Origin: the human T2T-CHM13v2.0 reference genome, Homo sapiens
Assembly (NCBI RefSeq): GCF_009914755.1
Contig: NC_060933.1
Reading direction: 5' to 3' (one strand)
Length of the DNA: 64,000 nt
Shown here: piece after piece, positions 13,201 to 30,486 of the stretch
How the letters are laid out: every line of letters begins with the position of its first letter
Position numbering within the stretch: the stretch's first letter is position 1
Program-made: the position numbers and the translations under genes
The notes under the pieces: model-generated
The model's input: the letters and a program-made list of their open reading frames with translations, nothing else
Told to the model about the DNA's origin: nothing
The model's database searches: none

Positions 13201-15792
13201 CTAGAACAACAATTATATGTTGAATTAATTCAGGCTACTTGCCGTCTCTCCTAGAGAATCTATACCTTGGATGGCACAGATGATAATGGTAATAAAACTG
13301 TTGCTCTATGTTGCCAGGAGCTTTTGTCTTTTAGGAAGAACAGAGATCACCTTGAATCAGATTGTAGGTGTTTTACAAGTATCCACTTGAATGATCCCCC
13401 TTAATTATGTAAATATTGAGTGAGTCAGCATTCATTGACCTCCAGAGAAAGCTGTGGAAGAACCTTTGGTGACTTCATTAAGGACATTACTTGAGATGCA
13501 AAAACATTCCCTAATCATCAAAGCTGGCTGTGGGAACTGGGAAGGTGGAGAGGGAGAGTGTAACATATGCAACACCATTCATAGATCCAGTGCTTCTGAG
13601 AGGTGAGGGACAAAAACTCCAGAGTCTGCTTTCCAGATCTGAACCTATGGAGGCCTATCAGGGTGGACTAAAGTGTCCCTGATGAGAACAAAGAAATACA
13701 GATGAGCAACAAGTTGCCTGAAATAAAATTACCACAAAAAACTGGGTCTGGTCTCCTGACTGAGGTTCAAAATTTAGTCCTTAAAAATTGATAAGGCCAT
13801 TTTGTCCCTCTCTTTGTAACTCTTGCTTAAAATGTCCATTTGTATCTTAGCTACAAAGATATCAGATTAAACATCACATTACCAATAAAATATCCAAAAT
13901 TCTGAGAGCTTAAGTTCCTTCTAAGTTACTCCAGGATCTCAAAGAGAATTACTTTTTAGAACAAGGTCTTAGGCATGTATGCAATAACTTGCCAGTTTTT
14001 ACAGAATTGGAGCCAATTACATCAAGTGATGGTAGTGGGGAGAAAGCCTGATGGAACTCTCCTGCCCCCAAATGTTGATTTTGAAGCAGCTTGATAACTT
14101 TTTGATTTTGGATGTTGAGGATTGAAAACCAAATTTATGAACTTATGGTGTAAAAACTTACCAAGACTGCAAATTATGTAAGAACCGGCTTCTTCCAGAA
14201 AAAGAGATCTACAACACCCACCCCCCGTGGAAAAAAAAGATCTACAATTTCTGGTAAACAACTTTATTTGAAACCCATAGTCTGTACCTTTAGCCAACTA
14301 AAAGTGAATACATATTTCCCACTTAAATGAATCCCTAGTCTTTTCCAGTGTTTGATTTCTTCCTTAGAAATTAACTTTGAAGCATAACCTTAATAATAGT
14401 ACTTATAAAGATCTTTTTGCATTTCCTTTTAGGGAAACTGTTTAGATATTGTTCTAAAACACATTCTCCCTTAATGATGGGGCAATTAATACAATCAGTA
14501 TCCTTTAATATTTTAACAGAGATTTACATGATGCTTTTTGTGGGAACTCCAAAGGGATCCTCACTTTATCCTCTATATGTGTATGGGTGATTTTCCTGAT
14601 GAGTTGCTCTTATTACTACAGATAGGAAGAATGAAATAATAGTGATGTGAGAAAATGGCAGTTCAGGGCTCCAAGGACCCTTGGATAAGTTTGAAAAATC
14701 TGTAGATACTAGTTCAAAAAATTAATTTAATATTTATTATTCAAGAAGATATATTTTGTGCCCTTTGCTCGATTATATTCTGAACTTGGGTGGAAGGTAG
14801 GGATCTCCATTTGCACAACCATAATTGTTTTAATAATAGATGGTAATAAGGATTATATATAATTCTGTTTCAGTCACATGGAACTAATAGTGTCAGTGGA
14901 AAATTTTGATAGAGAGAATTTGCTCTTGAGAGGGAGGAGGAAAGGAAGGGAGGAAATATCAGATCAAATGAAAGCTGATTTTTTGGAGAAGGATTTGGAA
15001 AATGAGAGTTCTGTGAAGCCATGGCTAAATTATAGAATAATGGGGAATTTCAACATATAAAACAACATTTCAACATTTCTCAATGTTTATTTCAGAACTG
15101 GGAACTAAAATATGCTTGCAGACCCCTTGGCATTATTTTCATGTAGGAACTACATAATCTGAGGAAACAGTCGGCTAAGAAGGTTAGTTTCTGAGGCAAG
15201 AAATTTGGTTGAATGAAAAGGCAAATTGCATATCTTTCTTTGTGATGTGTTTATAAATTGTCAGATGATTCAAGATTTAGTGATGGCGCATTTCCCTTAC
15301 AGGCAAAGGAGAAAAATTCAGGCTAAGAGACAAATATGAGCTCATTACTGGTACAAAAACAAGCTGAACACTTGGCCTATTGACCCGGAGAAATGAACAG
15401 ATATATCACATCAATGAGGCTTCGTGAAAAACAGATAATAGTTAGCAACTGAATGATTTTTTTTCTAAATATTAGGTGGTATTATATGGTATTTCCCTAC
15501 CAGTGGTCTAATATGGTATTTGAAATTCTACAGCCTTTGGGGAGATTCAATTTATTAAAGGAGGGGATGCTGGAAGGAATAATTGGAAAATAATGACATG
15601 AACTGAGAAGGTCTTAAGTCAGTAAAAAAAGAAAAAAAAAACATATATATATATACACACACACATACATAGTAAAGTGAGGGTTAAACTAAAACCAGGA
15701 GCTAAATCATGACTAGAGGTGCCTGTCATAATTATTTTGTGAAAAATATAAATATTGAACACTAGAAGTTGTGGCTCAAACTGTTTATACTT

Positions 15793-16205
15793 TGTTATGG
15801 ACTAAATGTTGAGTCCCTCCAAAATTCATATGTTGAAAACCTAATCCCCAGTATGGCTGGCTGTATTTGGAGATGGAACATTTAAGGAAGTATCTAAGGT
15901 TAAATAAGCTTGTAAGGGTGGGGGCTTAACCCAATAGGATTAGTATTGTTGTAAGAAGAGAAACCAGAGAGCTCACCCTCATTCTGTCTCTACCCATGGA
16001 CATACACTGAGAAAAGGTCACATGATGACATAGCAAAAAGGCACTTCTACAAGCCAGGAAGAGAGCCTTCGCGAGAAATATAATCAATTAGCTAGAACTT
16101 TGACTTGGGACTTCTTGCCTCCAAAATCGTGAGAAAATATACTTCTGTTGTTTAAGATACCTAGTCTATGGTATTTTGCTATGGCAGCCCAAGTAGACTA
16201 ATACA
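15793..16205 (+). mobile_element. MLT1A-like MaLR solo LTR
   Basis: TGTTATGGACTAAATG...AAAATTCATATGTTGAA...ATGGCAGCCCAAGTAGACTAATACA. Confidence 0.85.
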
Positions 16206-16524
16206 CTGTCAGGAATAAAAACAAAAATGCTCTGAGGAGTAGAAAATGGTGATTCTTAGTGTAGAAAAGGCAAAATGATCCAAGATATCTTAAGGCAAAA
16301 GATTAATGATTTCAGAGTTTTCTGTGTCAGTTTAGGGCTAGGAAAGTGGACCACCCTGAAAATGACTGACTGCCAATGGTAGGACTAAGTAAACACTGCT
16401 ATTTTGAGTATAAACAGCAATAGTAGTCAAATGAAAGAAACTTAGTCGCTAAAAGAGCACTGAATCTAAGACAGATCTATTGAACTTTGGAGACGGACAT
16501 GACGTATGTTAAAAGTAGAATAAT

Positions 16525-17441
16525 GGGAGTTCCATTATTCCAGAACGGCAGCCAGAGAGTTTCCACAGAGCTGCAACTCAGTGAAACACGCATAACTAGT
16601 GAAAATTATACAAAAATCCAACTATTTAAAATCACTGGATAACACCCTAAAAGTATACAGCAAAAGAGAATAGAAGACACAAGAAAACTATAAAAACTCA
16701 GCAAGAAGAGTGAAAGTATGTGGCATTTCAATCATGACCCACCTCCTTCCTCCATTCCTCCCTATTCCTAACTCAGTGTGATAGAAACTCCATTTCAGAT
16801 TAGATATCTTACAGGAAATTAAATCAATTCTTGGAAGACCCAAACTATTGACACTGACTCAAAAAGAATTAGCAAATCTGAAAATCTATATGAAGCAGAG
16901 ACTGAATTAGAAGGTAAAAAGCCACCCAGAAATAAACTCCCAGGTGCAGATTATTTCAATGTTGAAATCTACCATATGCTTCAAGAATTAATAATGATTT
17001 TTCACAAGCTCATACAAATTACAAAAGAGAAAGAAACTCTTTCCAACTCATTCTACGTTTATTTAAACACCAAACAAAACCATCTCAGGAAAATAAATCT
17101 AGAGACCAGTGTCTTTTATGAATATAGACCAAAAATTCTCAATAATTCTAGCTAACTGAATTCATCAGCACTTAAAAATGTTTATATATGATTACCAATA
17201 AGGATTTATTTCAAAAATGTAAGGTTGGTTTAATGTGGAAATCAATTTATGCATTTCACAACATTTAACAACAGCAACAAAGAATATAACAACCAAGTTC
17301 ATCTCAGCAGGTGCAGCAAAAGCATTGGATAAAATCTGAAACCTGTTCGTGATAAAAATGCTCAAAATATTAGGAATAAATGGAATTCTCTCAATCTAAT
17401 AAAGGGAATTCACATGCACCCCTCAACCCCACCCCACCACA

Positions 17442-17497
<56 letters not shown>

Positions 17498-19266
17498 CAC
17501 AGATAACATTATACTTAATGGTGAAAGGCTGAATACTTTTCTTTAAGTTGGGATACAAGATAAGGATATTTGCTCTATTGTTTCTATTCAACATTTTACT
17601 GCGGTTTCCAGACAGGACAGTTAGATAAGAAAAAAGTAAAAAGCATGCAGGTGGTAAAGGAAGTAGAAAATAGTCTCTACCACAGATTCCACTACATAGT
17701 ATCAAGAAAGTCCTAAGAATTCTGCTAAAAACTTCACTAATTAATAAACTAGTTAAGCAAGGTTCCACAAGACAAGATCAATATGCAGAAAGCAATCATA
17801 TTTCTATGTTCTTGCAATGAAAAATAAGAAGAGAAAAGAATTTAAAATTTTTATTTAAAACCTCATCAAAAATAATAAAGTAAAAATAAATTTAGCTCAA
17901 AAAGTGCAAAACTTACACTCAGTAATACTAATTATTATTGACAGAAATTAAAGAAGATCTAAAAAATGAATTAAAATTCATCTTTATGGATTGACAAACA
18001 TAATATTAAGGTGGCAATACTCTCCAAATTGATGTACAGACTCAATCTTTGCAAAAATTGATAGTTTAATAATCCACATGAAAGTTGAGGGCATCCTGAA
18101 TAGCCAAAACTATCTTGTAAAAGAACAAAGTTGGAAGTCATACTTTCTAAACATACTACAAAGCTGCAGTAATCAAGTTTGGTACTGGCATAATGGTAGA
18201 GATTCAATTCTATAATGTTTGATTTTATAATCGTGTATTACATATGATACCACAGCACAGCAACTAAAGAAAATAGATAAATTGGACTTCATTATAATTT
18301 CAAACCTTTGTGCTTCAGGGAACATCAAGAAAGTGAAAAGAAAAGCTAAAATATAGGAGAAAATATTTGCAAAACATGTCTATTTTATGATGCGCTTATA
18401 TCTAGCATAAACCAAGAACTTTTACAATTCAATCATAAAAGACAAATTACTCAGTTAAAATGAGCAAAATATTTTAATAGGCATTTCATCAAAGAAGATT
18501 TACAAATGCTCTACATGCACATAAAAAGTTGGTCAACATCATTAGTCATCCGGTAAATGCAAATCAAAACCACATTGAGTTTATCACTTCTTAAGCACCC
18601 TAGGATGGCTATTATCAGAAAGATAGATAATAGCAAGTATTGGCAGGATTTGAAGATATTGAAATCCTCCTAAACTGCTGGTGAGAAAGTAAAGTAGGGC
18701 AATTCTTTGGAAAACAACCTAGCAGTTCCTCAAAAAGTTAAGCATAAAATTACAACATGACCTAGCAATTTCACTCCTAGGTATATATCCAAGTGAATTG
18801 AACACATATGTCCTTACAAAGACTTGTGTATGAATATTCATAATGACATTATTTATAATAGCCAAAAAATGGAAGGAAGTCAAATATCCATCAACTGATG
18901 AAAGGGTTTCTAAAATGGGATATATCCACAAAAATAAAATATTATTCAGGAATAAAAAGGAATTAAATACCAATACATGCTACAACATGAATTAACATTG
19001 AAAACATTATGGTATGTTAAAGAAGGTTACATATTGAATAAGTCTATTTGTATAACATATCCAGAACAATTTTGCCAGGTCTGGTTGATGGGGAAGAGGA
19101 TTGGAAGATGATGGCCAAGGGATATGGGAGTTTTTTGGTGCTGAAATGTAAAGTTGATTTGATGGTTTCAAAACTCTGAATATACTAAAGCCATTGAACT
19201 GGACATATTAAATGAGTGAAATGAATGGTATGTAAGTTATATCTCAACTAAGTTATTTTTTAAAAG
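16525..19266 (+). mobile_element. L1MB-type element (5'-like piece joined to decayed ORF2 and 3'UTR)
   Basis: ORF2 motifs (CCAACTCATTCTA, CTTAATGGTGAAAGGCTG, ATGCAAATCAAAACCACA) and an L1MB 3' end (GTATGTAAGTTATATCTCAA). Confidence 0.85.
17438..17492. repeat. Compound (CA)n(GA)n microsatellite inside the L1MB
   Basis: Directly visible. Confidence 0.95.
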
Positions 19267-19419
19267 TAGCTTAATGTATGTAGCACATCATTTCAATATC
19301 ATTTGCAAATTTTGATAATGGTACATATTCATCAAATTATGCTTTAAAAGTGCAACATTGGAATTTTGGACAACCCCCAAATTACAAATTGCATATCTAT
19401 TTCATGCTATATAAAAGAT

Positions 19420-19935
19420 AATACTGTTTGTCTGCCCCACATTAATCCTTTCCTCTTTTCTCCCAATAGAACTCAGCTTTTGTTAAATATCTACCCTCAC
19501 CTCACCGCCCTGCACCCTGGTGAAGGTGACACTATCTCCAGTATCAGGAATAGATCTAATTGCTCAAATGTTATTTCTGTTATCCTCACTGAGAATGTAA
19601 TCTGGATATAGAAAATGAGAAAAGAGGAGAAATCTGCTCCAGAGCAACTGAAAAACTTTCTTAAATCTTCACAGCAAGCCACAGTAAATATTTCTTCCTC
19701 TAGATGTTGCCTGGATGATATAATTGAGGATTTCAATTTTCTCAACATCAGCCTGAGGATGCAGCAATCACTGAAATGGCAGTGCATTCGGGCATAAAGA
19801 ACCCAAGTCCTTATGAATACACTGCCAAATCAAGCAATCCTGGTGCCAACTCTATCTTTGAACTATCCTGTGTGATAGAAATTTTCCTTATTTATTTATC
19901 CAGTTTTAATCTGGGATTCCTTTGCCTGCACTTGT
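19420..19935 (+). mobile_element. Old ERVL-class LTR (LTR33/LTR16-like)
   Basis: Degenerate motifs AATAGAACTCAGCTTTTGTT, AAAGAACCCAAGTCCTT, TTTCCTTATTT...CCAGTTTTAA. Confidence 0.45.
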
Positions 19936-20269
19936 AAATAGATCAATACATAAACTTTTGATTTGTTTGAATTGTTAGGTTAAGCCATATTTGTGAATGA
20001 ATACATATCCATAAGGATAATTTTGTTTTGCCTATATTATTAAAATAGCACAAAAGATAGGATTATCAAATCAGACTCAAAAGAATCAGAAATCTTACCC
20101 ATTGTCAAATCCTGGTAATTTCAAAGATACAAGTAATCAGGAGCCATTAGCAAAACAGGAAAATTGTGGGACCACCAATCTTCTTCCCAAAGTTCTTTTT
20201 GATACATAGGCAACACTCTGTTTCAGATATAACATATGAATTATCTAAGCGATGCATTGACTGTGGTTT

Positions 20270-20385
20270 CCTGCCTCCCTCTTAGAAGAACACGTGCAAG
20301 TCCATGGCAATCTCCCATCTGAAGAACCTTAATTTAATCAAATCTTCAAGACACGGACATCTATGAGGGTCATTATTTAGCACAA
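20270..20385 (-). mobile_element. MLT1 fragment
   Basis: AATCTCCCATCTGAAGAACCTTAATTTAATCAAATCT...GGACATCT...CATTATTTAGC. Confidence 0.5.
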
Positions 20386-21192
20386 TAGAGAGAGCTTGCC
20401 TATATTGTGTTAAAGTGATATCTAATCATTTCTCGTGATTTGTTGCTAAATAAAGGATATTTTGTTTTCAATATCTAATTTTTCATTGCTTGTATATAAA
20501 AATGCAACTGAATTTTGCATATTGACTTTGTATGCTGCAACTTTACTAACCATACTTATTAATCCTGATGTTTTTGTAGATTATTTTGGATTTTCTATGC
20601 AGATAAATTCTCTAATCTGTGAATGGAAACTGTTTAATATCTTTCTTTCTAATCCATACATGTATTTTTTCCTATTTTATTTCTCTAGTATATCTTTGAA
20701 TAGAAATGCTTTGAGTGAATCTTCTTGCCTAATTCCAAGATTAAGGAGAAAACATTCAGTCTTTCTCCATCATATAGGATATTAATATCAAATTCATTTT
20801 TGTTGTTATTTACTTTATAGATGCTCTTTCCCTTCTATTACTGGTTTTCAGAGTTTTCATGATTACTTGGTGTGAACTTTGCAAGCAACTTTTCAGCATC
20901 TATTGATGTGACCACAGATTTTTAATTCTTTAGTTTATAGATGGTAAATGATAGTTTATTTTCAAGTAATTAACTTTGCATTTCTGGAATAAATGGCACA
21001 TGAAAATAATGATTAACTTTTTTACATTTTGCTAGATTACATTTTAATAAATTTATTGAGCCTCCATTTGTATATGTTCTTAAAGTTATTGGCTTTCTTC
21101 TAAGTTCTTCCTCAGTTTGGATATTAATGACATAATTTTGAATAATATCAAATCAAAATTTCATATTTTTTTCTTTTCTTCTATTTTCTAAA

Positions 21193-21256
21193 AGTGTTTC
21201 TCAACCTCAGCCCTGACATTTTTGTTCAAATAATTCTTTGCTCTGGAAGGCTATCT
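21193..21256 (+). mobile_element. MER20 (hAT) terminal fragment
   Basis: AGTGTTTCTCAACCTCAGCCCTGACATTTTTG...ATAATTCTTTG resembles the MER20 end. Confidence 0.6.
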
Positions 21257-22314
21257 TACCTTCTTTTGACTTTTTACTTAACTATTGGGTTATTCAGAAA
21301 TGTGCAGCTTTATTTTCAAATAATTGAGAATTTTCCATATATTTTTGATTATAGTTTCCAGTATAATTCTAACTAGTCCAACATCCTTTATATAAATTAT
21401 CTTATACTTTAACTTTTTTAATATTCCAAAATTTGGTTTACATTGACATTCACTGTACATTTGAGATGAATGTACATCCTGTGATTTTGCAGAGATGTTC
21501 TATAAATTTCTATTAGATTATTTGATTGCATCATTTAGATTTACTATATTGTTGATTTTCTATTGACTTTTGCTATAGAGGAATGTTAAAATCTCCAAAA
21601 AATACTGAAATTGCCACATCTATTTTCAGTCCCATCAGTTTTTGTTTTATGTATTTTGAAACTCTATTGTGGGTATGTACATATTTATGACTTTTATGTC
21701 TTCTTTATAGTTGTTAAATGTTTCTGCTTATCCCTAGAGATATTTCTGTTTCTGAAGTCTACTTTAACATTAATAGAGCTTCCTAGCTTTCATTTGATTA
21801 ATGTTTGTGTAATATATCTTTTCCCATTCTTTTACTTTTAATGTATGTATGTGTTTACATTAAAAATAGGTTACATTTGGTCAGCATATAGTTGTGTTTT
21901 TTAATAAACATTCTGGCTATCACTATGTTATTTGATACATGTAGGCCATTTACAAATAATACAATAATAGATATCATAAACATATGATTTTTCAGGTTTC
22001 TATTTGTTCTAGTTATCATTTGTTCCTTAATATTTCCTCTTTTTGCCTGTCTTTGGTTAGTTTGAATTGTGTGATTCAATCTTATGTTCACTGTTGGTTC
22101 AGTATGTATACATCTGTTTTGTAAAAGTAGTTCCCTTAGTGTTTAAAATAGGTATTTTAACTAATCAGTTTTTTTACATAATATTGTTTACATAGAGTTA
22201 AGGAAACTGCTTATAGTATGTTTTCTATTCCTTTATCCCATCTTCTGTGCTAACAGTGACATATATTTTCTTTTACATATGCTGTTAATCCACAATACAT
22301 TGAAACTAGTTTTA

Positions 22315-22540
22315 GAGAAGAAGTTAGCAACTTATGGCCTGTGGGTCAAATCTGGCCTGCCATCTGTCACAAGTCGAGTTTTATTACAATAGAGCCATAT
22401 CCATTTGTTCACCTATTGTTTGCAGCTGGTTGCATACTGAAACAGCAGAAGTAAGTAGTTGCAACAGAAACCATATGGTCCACAAAGGCTATAAAATTTA
22501 CTGGCTATCCCTTAACAGAAAAAGTTTGTAATCCCTGCTT
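22315..22540 (+). mobile_element. MER58A-like hAT MITE
   Basis: GCAACTTATGGCCTGTGGGTCAAATCTGGCC...AGTAGTTGCAACAGAAACCATATGG...ACAGAAAAAGTTTG..CCCTG. Confidence 0.8.
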
Positions 22541-23186
22541 TAAAAAATGCAATCATCTTTTAAAGTGATTAAAAATAATCCCTCAATTTTACTTTTGATT
22601 TAGCCATTTCAAGACATCATTTTTTGTATAAACTCAAGTTTTATCAAAAAAAGATTCCTTCTGCCTGAAATACTTTTGAAAATATTTCTTGCAGTGCTTA
22701 TCTGCTATTAGTAAATTATCTCCAATTTGTTTATATTGTATTGAAAATATATCATTTTATCTTTAATTTTAAAAGATAGTTTCACTGTTCATATCATTGT
22801 GGGTTGATGGCTTTTATTTGTAGCACTTCAAGGGTGTCACTCTATGGTCATTCAGTTTACATAGATTCTGAAAATAAGTCTGCCGTGTTTCTTCTGTTTC
22901 TTCTTCGTATGTATTCTGTCTTATGTTCTCTGAATGCCTTCAAGATTGTTTCCTTTGCTTTGCTCTTTAGCCAGCTGAATATGATGTGTCTTGTGCTCAT
23001 TTACAAAAATTATCTTACTTGGGTTTCTCTGAAATCATTAGATCTATGGTTTAGCATGTTTTATTGATTTTGCAAAAGCTGAGCTCTCATCTCTTTAAAT
23101 CTCTTTCTCTCCCTTTATCTCTCTTCTCCTCCTGATATTCTGACGCCATATATATTTTTATATATGTCTGTCATTAACTAATTTTA

Positions 23187-23504
<318 letters not shown>

Positions 23505-23835
23505 CTAAAAGAGCTTGACATTTTCTCAGAACTCTTTCATTCTCTGCTCTTTCTCCCCACTCTGTTTTCTATTTGTATTTAACTTTGGGTAATTGCTATT
23601 GACCTACTTTTGAGTTCATTGATTCTTTACTGATTCTTTACTCAGAGTTTAGTCTACTGATGAGTTTATCAAAGACATTCTTCATCTTTGTTACTCTGCT
23701 CTTCATTTTCGGCATTTCTAGTTGATTTTTTTTTGTATACTCTTCATCTCTCCAATAAAATTTCTCATTTACTACAGCATGCTGCATATAAGTCACAGAT
23801 ACTTAATATTCACTGTTGATAGCATTAATATGTGA

Positions 23836-25897
<2,062 letters not shown>

Positions 25898-26079
25898 AAA
25901 ATAAGAGAGTAGACGTCATGATTAGTACAGAAAAAAAAAGTTGTAAATAATAATTACTGCTGAAAATGGGCATTTCTTTTCTTGTGCTAGGCTATTGGTT
26001 TGTGGGCTGAGCCAAACTAATTAGAGTTGAGCTGCGCTCAGATTTTTTTTTTGTTGTGGTCACTTTTATTGCCATTTCT

Positions 26080-26985
26080 AAAGGGAGTTTCAGTTAAGGA
26101 TTCAGCCCCACTGTGGCCAACTAGGGTCTTACACAAATCTTCATTCCTAATCCAGATGCCTACCATTAGAGGTCTTTTTATCTGGGGCCTTCAACAAAGG
26201 CCTTCCTCAGGTGCCTCTACCAAGAACTTGTTATTAGAGAGATGGAGTGTATCAGTCTGTTCTCACAGTGATATAAAGAACTACCTGAGACTAGGTAATT
26301 TATGAAGAAAAGAGGTTTAATTGACTCACAGTTCCACAGACTGTACAGGAAGCATGTCTGGGAGGCCTCAGGAAACTTAACAGTCATGGCAGAACAGGAA
26401 GCAACCACGTCTTACCATGGCAGAGCAGGAGAGAAAGAGAGAAGGGGGAAGTGCCACACACTTTTAAACCACCAGATCTCGTGAGAACTCACTCACTATC
26501 AAGAGAACAGCTAGGGGGAAATTCTCCCCTATGATCCAATCACCTCCTACTATGTCCCTCCTCCAATTTAACATGAGATTGGGCGGGGATGCAAATCCAA
26601 ACCATATCATGGAGGACGAGGCAGAACTTAGAATACCCTTCTCTCCACTCTGACTTGGGACTCAGTACTTTTTTACTCCTAGGCCTTTTCCCCGTGCTCC
26701 TCCCCACTTCTGGGTCCATATAGCTGTCGCAGCGTTTTATTTGGGGTTCTCTCCACAGTGAGAGGATCCTGTGTCTGTGCTGATTTGCCTGATCAATTGG
26801 CAGGCCATTCCATGGGGGAAAAATGGAAGAGGGAGGATTTGCTGCTTTCTCCAGTTTAGCCTCTTGCCAATACTATTGCCGTAAGTAATTAAAGGCTTTA
26901 CTGCTACTTCATTCTGCTTTGCTGACTCAATTGGCTATTCTGACACCTGAGGAGTCAGCTCCCCAGGCTCAGCTGAGCTCTTGGT
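26080..26985 (+). mobile_element. ERVL-class LTR (MER74-like), split by MSTA
   Basis: GC-richer block with CCATATAG, GTAATTAAAGG poly(A)-like signal and a CTCAGCTGAGCTCTTG end; continuous across the MSTA TSD. Confidence 0.5.
26248..26609 (-). mobile_element. MSTA MaLR solo LTR
   Basis: TGTATCAGTCTGTTCTCAC...CCAAACCATATCA; perfect 5-bp TSD TGGAG. Confidence 0.93.
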
Positions 26986-27112
26986 ATTTGTTTCACATTT
27001 CCTAAGCTGGTGGTAGGAAACATGGTTTAAAAATGTTTATCTTTCTAGGTCCCAAAAATTGGGCTTTCTCAAAGATCCTAATGTTTCTCTGGTAGTAGGA
27101 AATGTCCAATGA

Positions 27113-27574
<462 letters not shown>

Positions 27575-28066
27575 TATCTTTCTTTAACAGCCATGTTTCC
27601 TTCGTTCAGGCATGCATGATTGACAGATGATTTATCTACTCCTCCTTCATGTCTCCCAATCATTATCCTGCATGATCTGTTGAGGTCTATGTATGAGGCC
27701 TCTGTATGAGGCCTGCCTGTGGGTCCAAACTACGTGTGTTTCCTTGACGCTCATGGGTTCTAAGTCTGTACACTAGACCAGACTAAACTTTCAGTAACTC
27801 ATTAAAACTTTCCCATATTTTTCTTTCCCAGTTGTATCATCCCCAGCACCTCTTCCCAAACTTATCAAGAGATGAGTCAGTATTTTGATCTTGTTTCTTC
27901 ATGGATCTCAACTATGTAATTGTTTTCCTTGTTACTTCAGCTAACTAGTGGGTTTAAGATAGGTTATCATTTTATATGTCATCTATCGCTTCCATGCTAT
28001 TATTTTGGGAGGTAAGGTTTTTTCACAGGTTTCTACATCCTAGGCAGAAACAGGACCTCTTATATC

Positions 28067-28448
28067 ATTTTTATTTGTTTACTTATGTTTACTTATTAAC
28101 TGACAGATATTGATAACTATAACATGATGTATTGAAGTGTATATGCATTGTAAAATGGTTAAATCTAGCTAATTAACAAATACATTATCTCACATGGTAT
28201 TTTTGTGTTATCATTTTTGTGGTAAAACACCTCATCTGCCCTTTTTGCACTCTTCAAGACTACGATAGATTATCATTAACTGCAGTCACCATGCTTTAAC
28301 ATAGATTTCTTGAACTTATTCCTTCTATCTGACTGTAACTATATATCCTTTGGCCAATATTCTCCCATCTCTTCCTCTCCCCTAATAACCTCAGCCTCTG
28401 GTAACCACCATTCTACTCTTTAATTCTATGAGATCAACTTTTTAAGAT
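28067..28448 (-). mobile_element. L1MA (MA8/9-like) 3' end
   Basis: AATGGTTAAATCTAGCTAATTAACA, CAGCCTCTGGTAACCACCATTCTACTCT, TATGAGATCAACTTTTT. Confidence 0.85.
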
Positions 28449-30486
28449 ATTTTGAAGGAAACATTTACTTGGGTATCTTTTTTGATTTTCTAAAGACTGA
28501 AGTCACCTTTTTTTCTGTCCAATGGATAGCTATTTCATCAATATTGTGATTCAAATCTATCTCCTGAAATATGTTATTACTCTTAAGCCATTATCTGCAT
28601 AAATTTGGTTTTCATTTTGTTCTGTCAATGAATTTACCAACCCTTTTGTTATACCATATATCTATGGTGGGGAGATAAAAGTAGCATTTAACATACCATG
28701 CAACAGAAAAAAGAGCATGGTACTTCCTTTCCAGCAGAAGTTACCTTCTTATATGTACTACAAGTTCTCATTGATTGGAGTGTTGACAAGAGGCCCTATT
28801 TCAGTCAGTTCTGGACTCCATATTCTTCATGATCATAATCATGTTTTAGATATCCTAATACAGGTTTTACAGGTCCTGGCTTCCAGGTGCCATTATGTAA
28901 TACTGCAATAGTGAAAACAGTTTTATATGATCTATCCAATCCCAGCCAGCTGCATCATAGAGAAGAAAGGTTCCATTTTATCTTGTGTACAAAAGCTACT
29001 GGAGAACGACTATAACAGCCCCAATATCCGATTACAATCTGCATTAATTTATCTGTAGAACAAATCCCAACTTCCTGTCCTGGTTTTCTAGGTCTAATAA
29101 TCACTGACCTTTATGTGAGATTCCACAAATGATAGAATACTCACTAGTTGTCTCTATATGAGAGTATAATGTTTTTCCCAGTATGGTTAATGGTAATGTA
29201 TGTTTTTATTTGAGAATTATTATTCAGCTAGTTCATTTGCTTATATCTTTGTTAAACCTTCCAGGCTGATTCCAGCCATGGTCATTCTCCTGAAATAGGA
29301 AGTCCATCTAGTGTTCCTACTAGGTTAGTAAGTTAAAGGCTCTTGGTAAGTATTCCAAGACCAACTACTTAAACTGTCACAGAATATCTTGTGCTGCATG
29401 GCCAGTTCTGATCAAGTCACTGAATATATTAATACCATTGAATATTTATTGTTTTTATACAACTTTGGAAACTGTACGCACCTAAAAGTATTATGTACCC
29501 CATGAGACTGTCATTTAGGTGTATTTGATCCTTCAGTACATCCTCATCTGGCTATGATAGCAGGCATCACATAATTTTCCCTTGCGTGTCTCCAGAGAAA
29601 TATTATTGGTAATATCAGGACACCAAATAAAATCCAAACTGACCCCTTTGAAGATCTTCATGTTTAATTTGCACTTTCTTTAAATACATTCAGTTGACAT
29701 TCATGTTCCATATACTCAAAGTAGCAAATAAACTTCTGACAGGCAGACACAGCAATTTGCTTCCTGTCATACCCAGGCAGCTGTCTTAGCAATGCATCAT
29801 CTTGATTAATAGCCACAACAGAGTGACAGAAGCATTGCTGTTTAGCATTCTCCACCTTTTGTGATTCATTAGCAGCATTCTTCTCAGGTCATGGAAAAAA
29901 TAACCAGAAAGGTACATATAGACTATAAACTGTGAAGCAAATAGTACTAGCTGGTTATTGATAAGTTGAGTTATCAGGGGTAATGCATCACTTCTTTTTG
30001 CCAAATTATCCAGGTGGAGTTTCAGGGCAGAGCTCATAAATTAGCAAGAGTCCAATTTCTCTTTTCTAAAGGGAAGAGATCCAGAGGTTTCTCCTAGCAT
30101 CTGTCACTAGTGAATGCCAGATTTGGGAGAGATGGCTAACACTCTTATTCTCTTGCTCTGAGGCACTTTTGCATAAATAGTGTAGGTGGCATTCTTTACT
30201 GAGATCGAAACTCACTTATGAGCATCCATTTGTTTCCCATAATTTACCCCATTTACATTTATTGCTTCTTTTGACCCACACATTTTTGGGTTTAGGGGGC
30301 TCAGATGTATGGGTCTCCTATAGGGTGAGCGATAACAGCATATTTGCTCATTCTTCTACTTTTCACTAGCCTAGAAAGATTCCAAAGTTTTGCCAGGTAA
30401 CAGATAAAATGTCTATTTCTTCCACTTGCTCTGAGGATGATCAGCATCAGAAGTCTAAAAATGAGTATAACTGGAATTGATGCTGA

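Noticed and set aside
13900-14420. Possible old LTR
   Set aside because: I could not identify termini or family-diagnostic motifs
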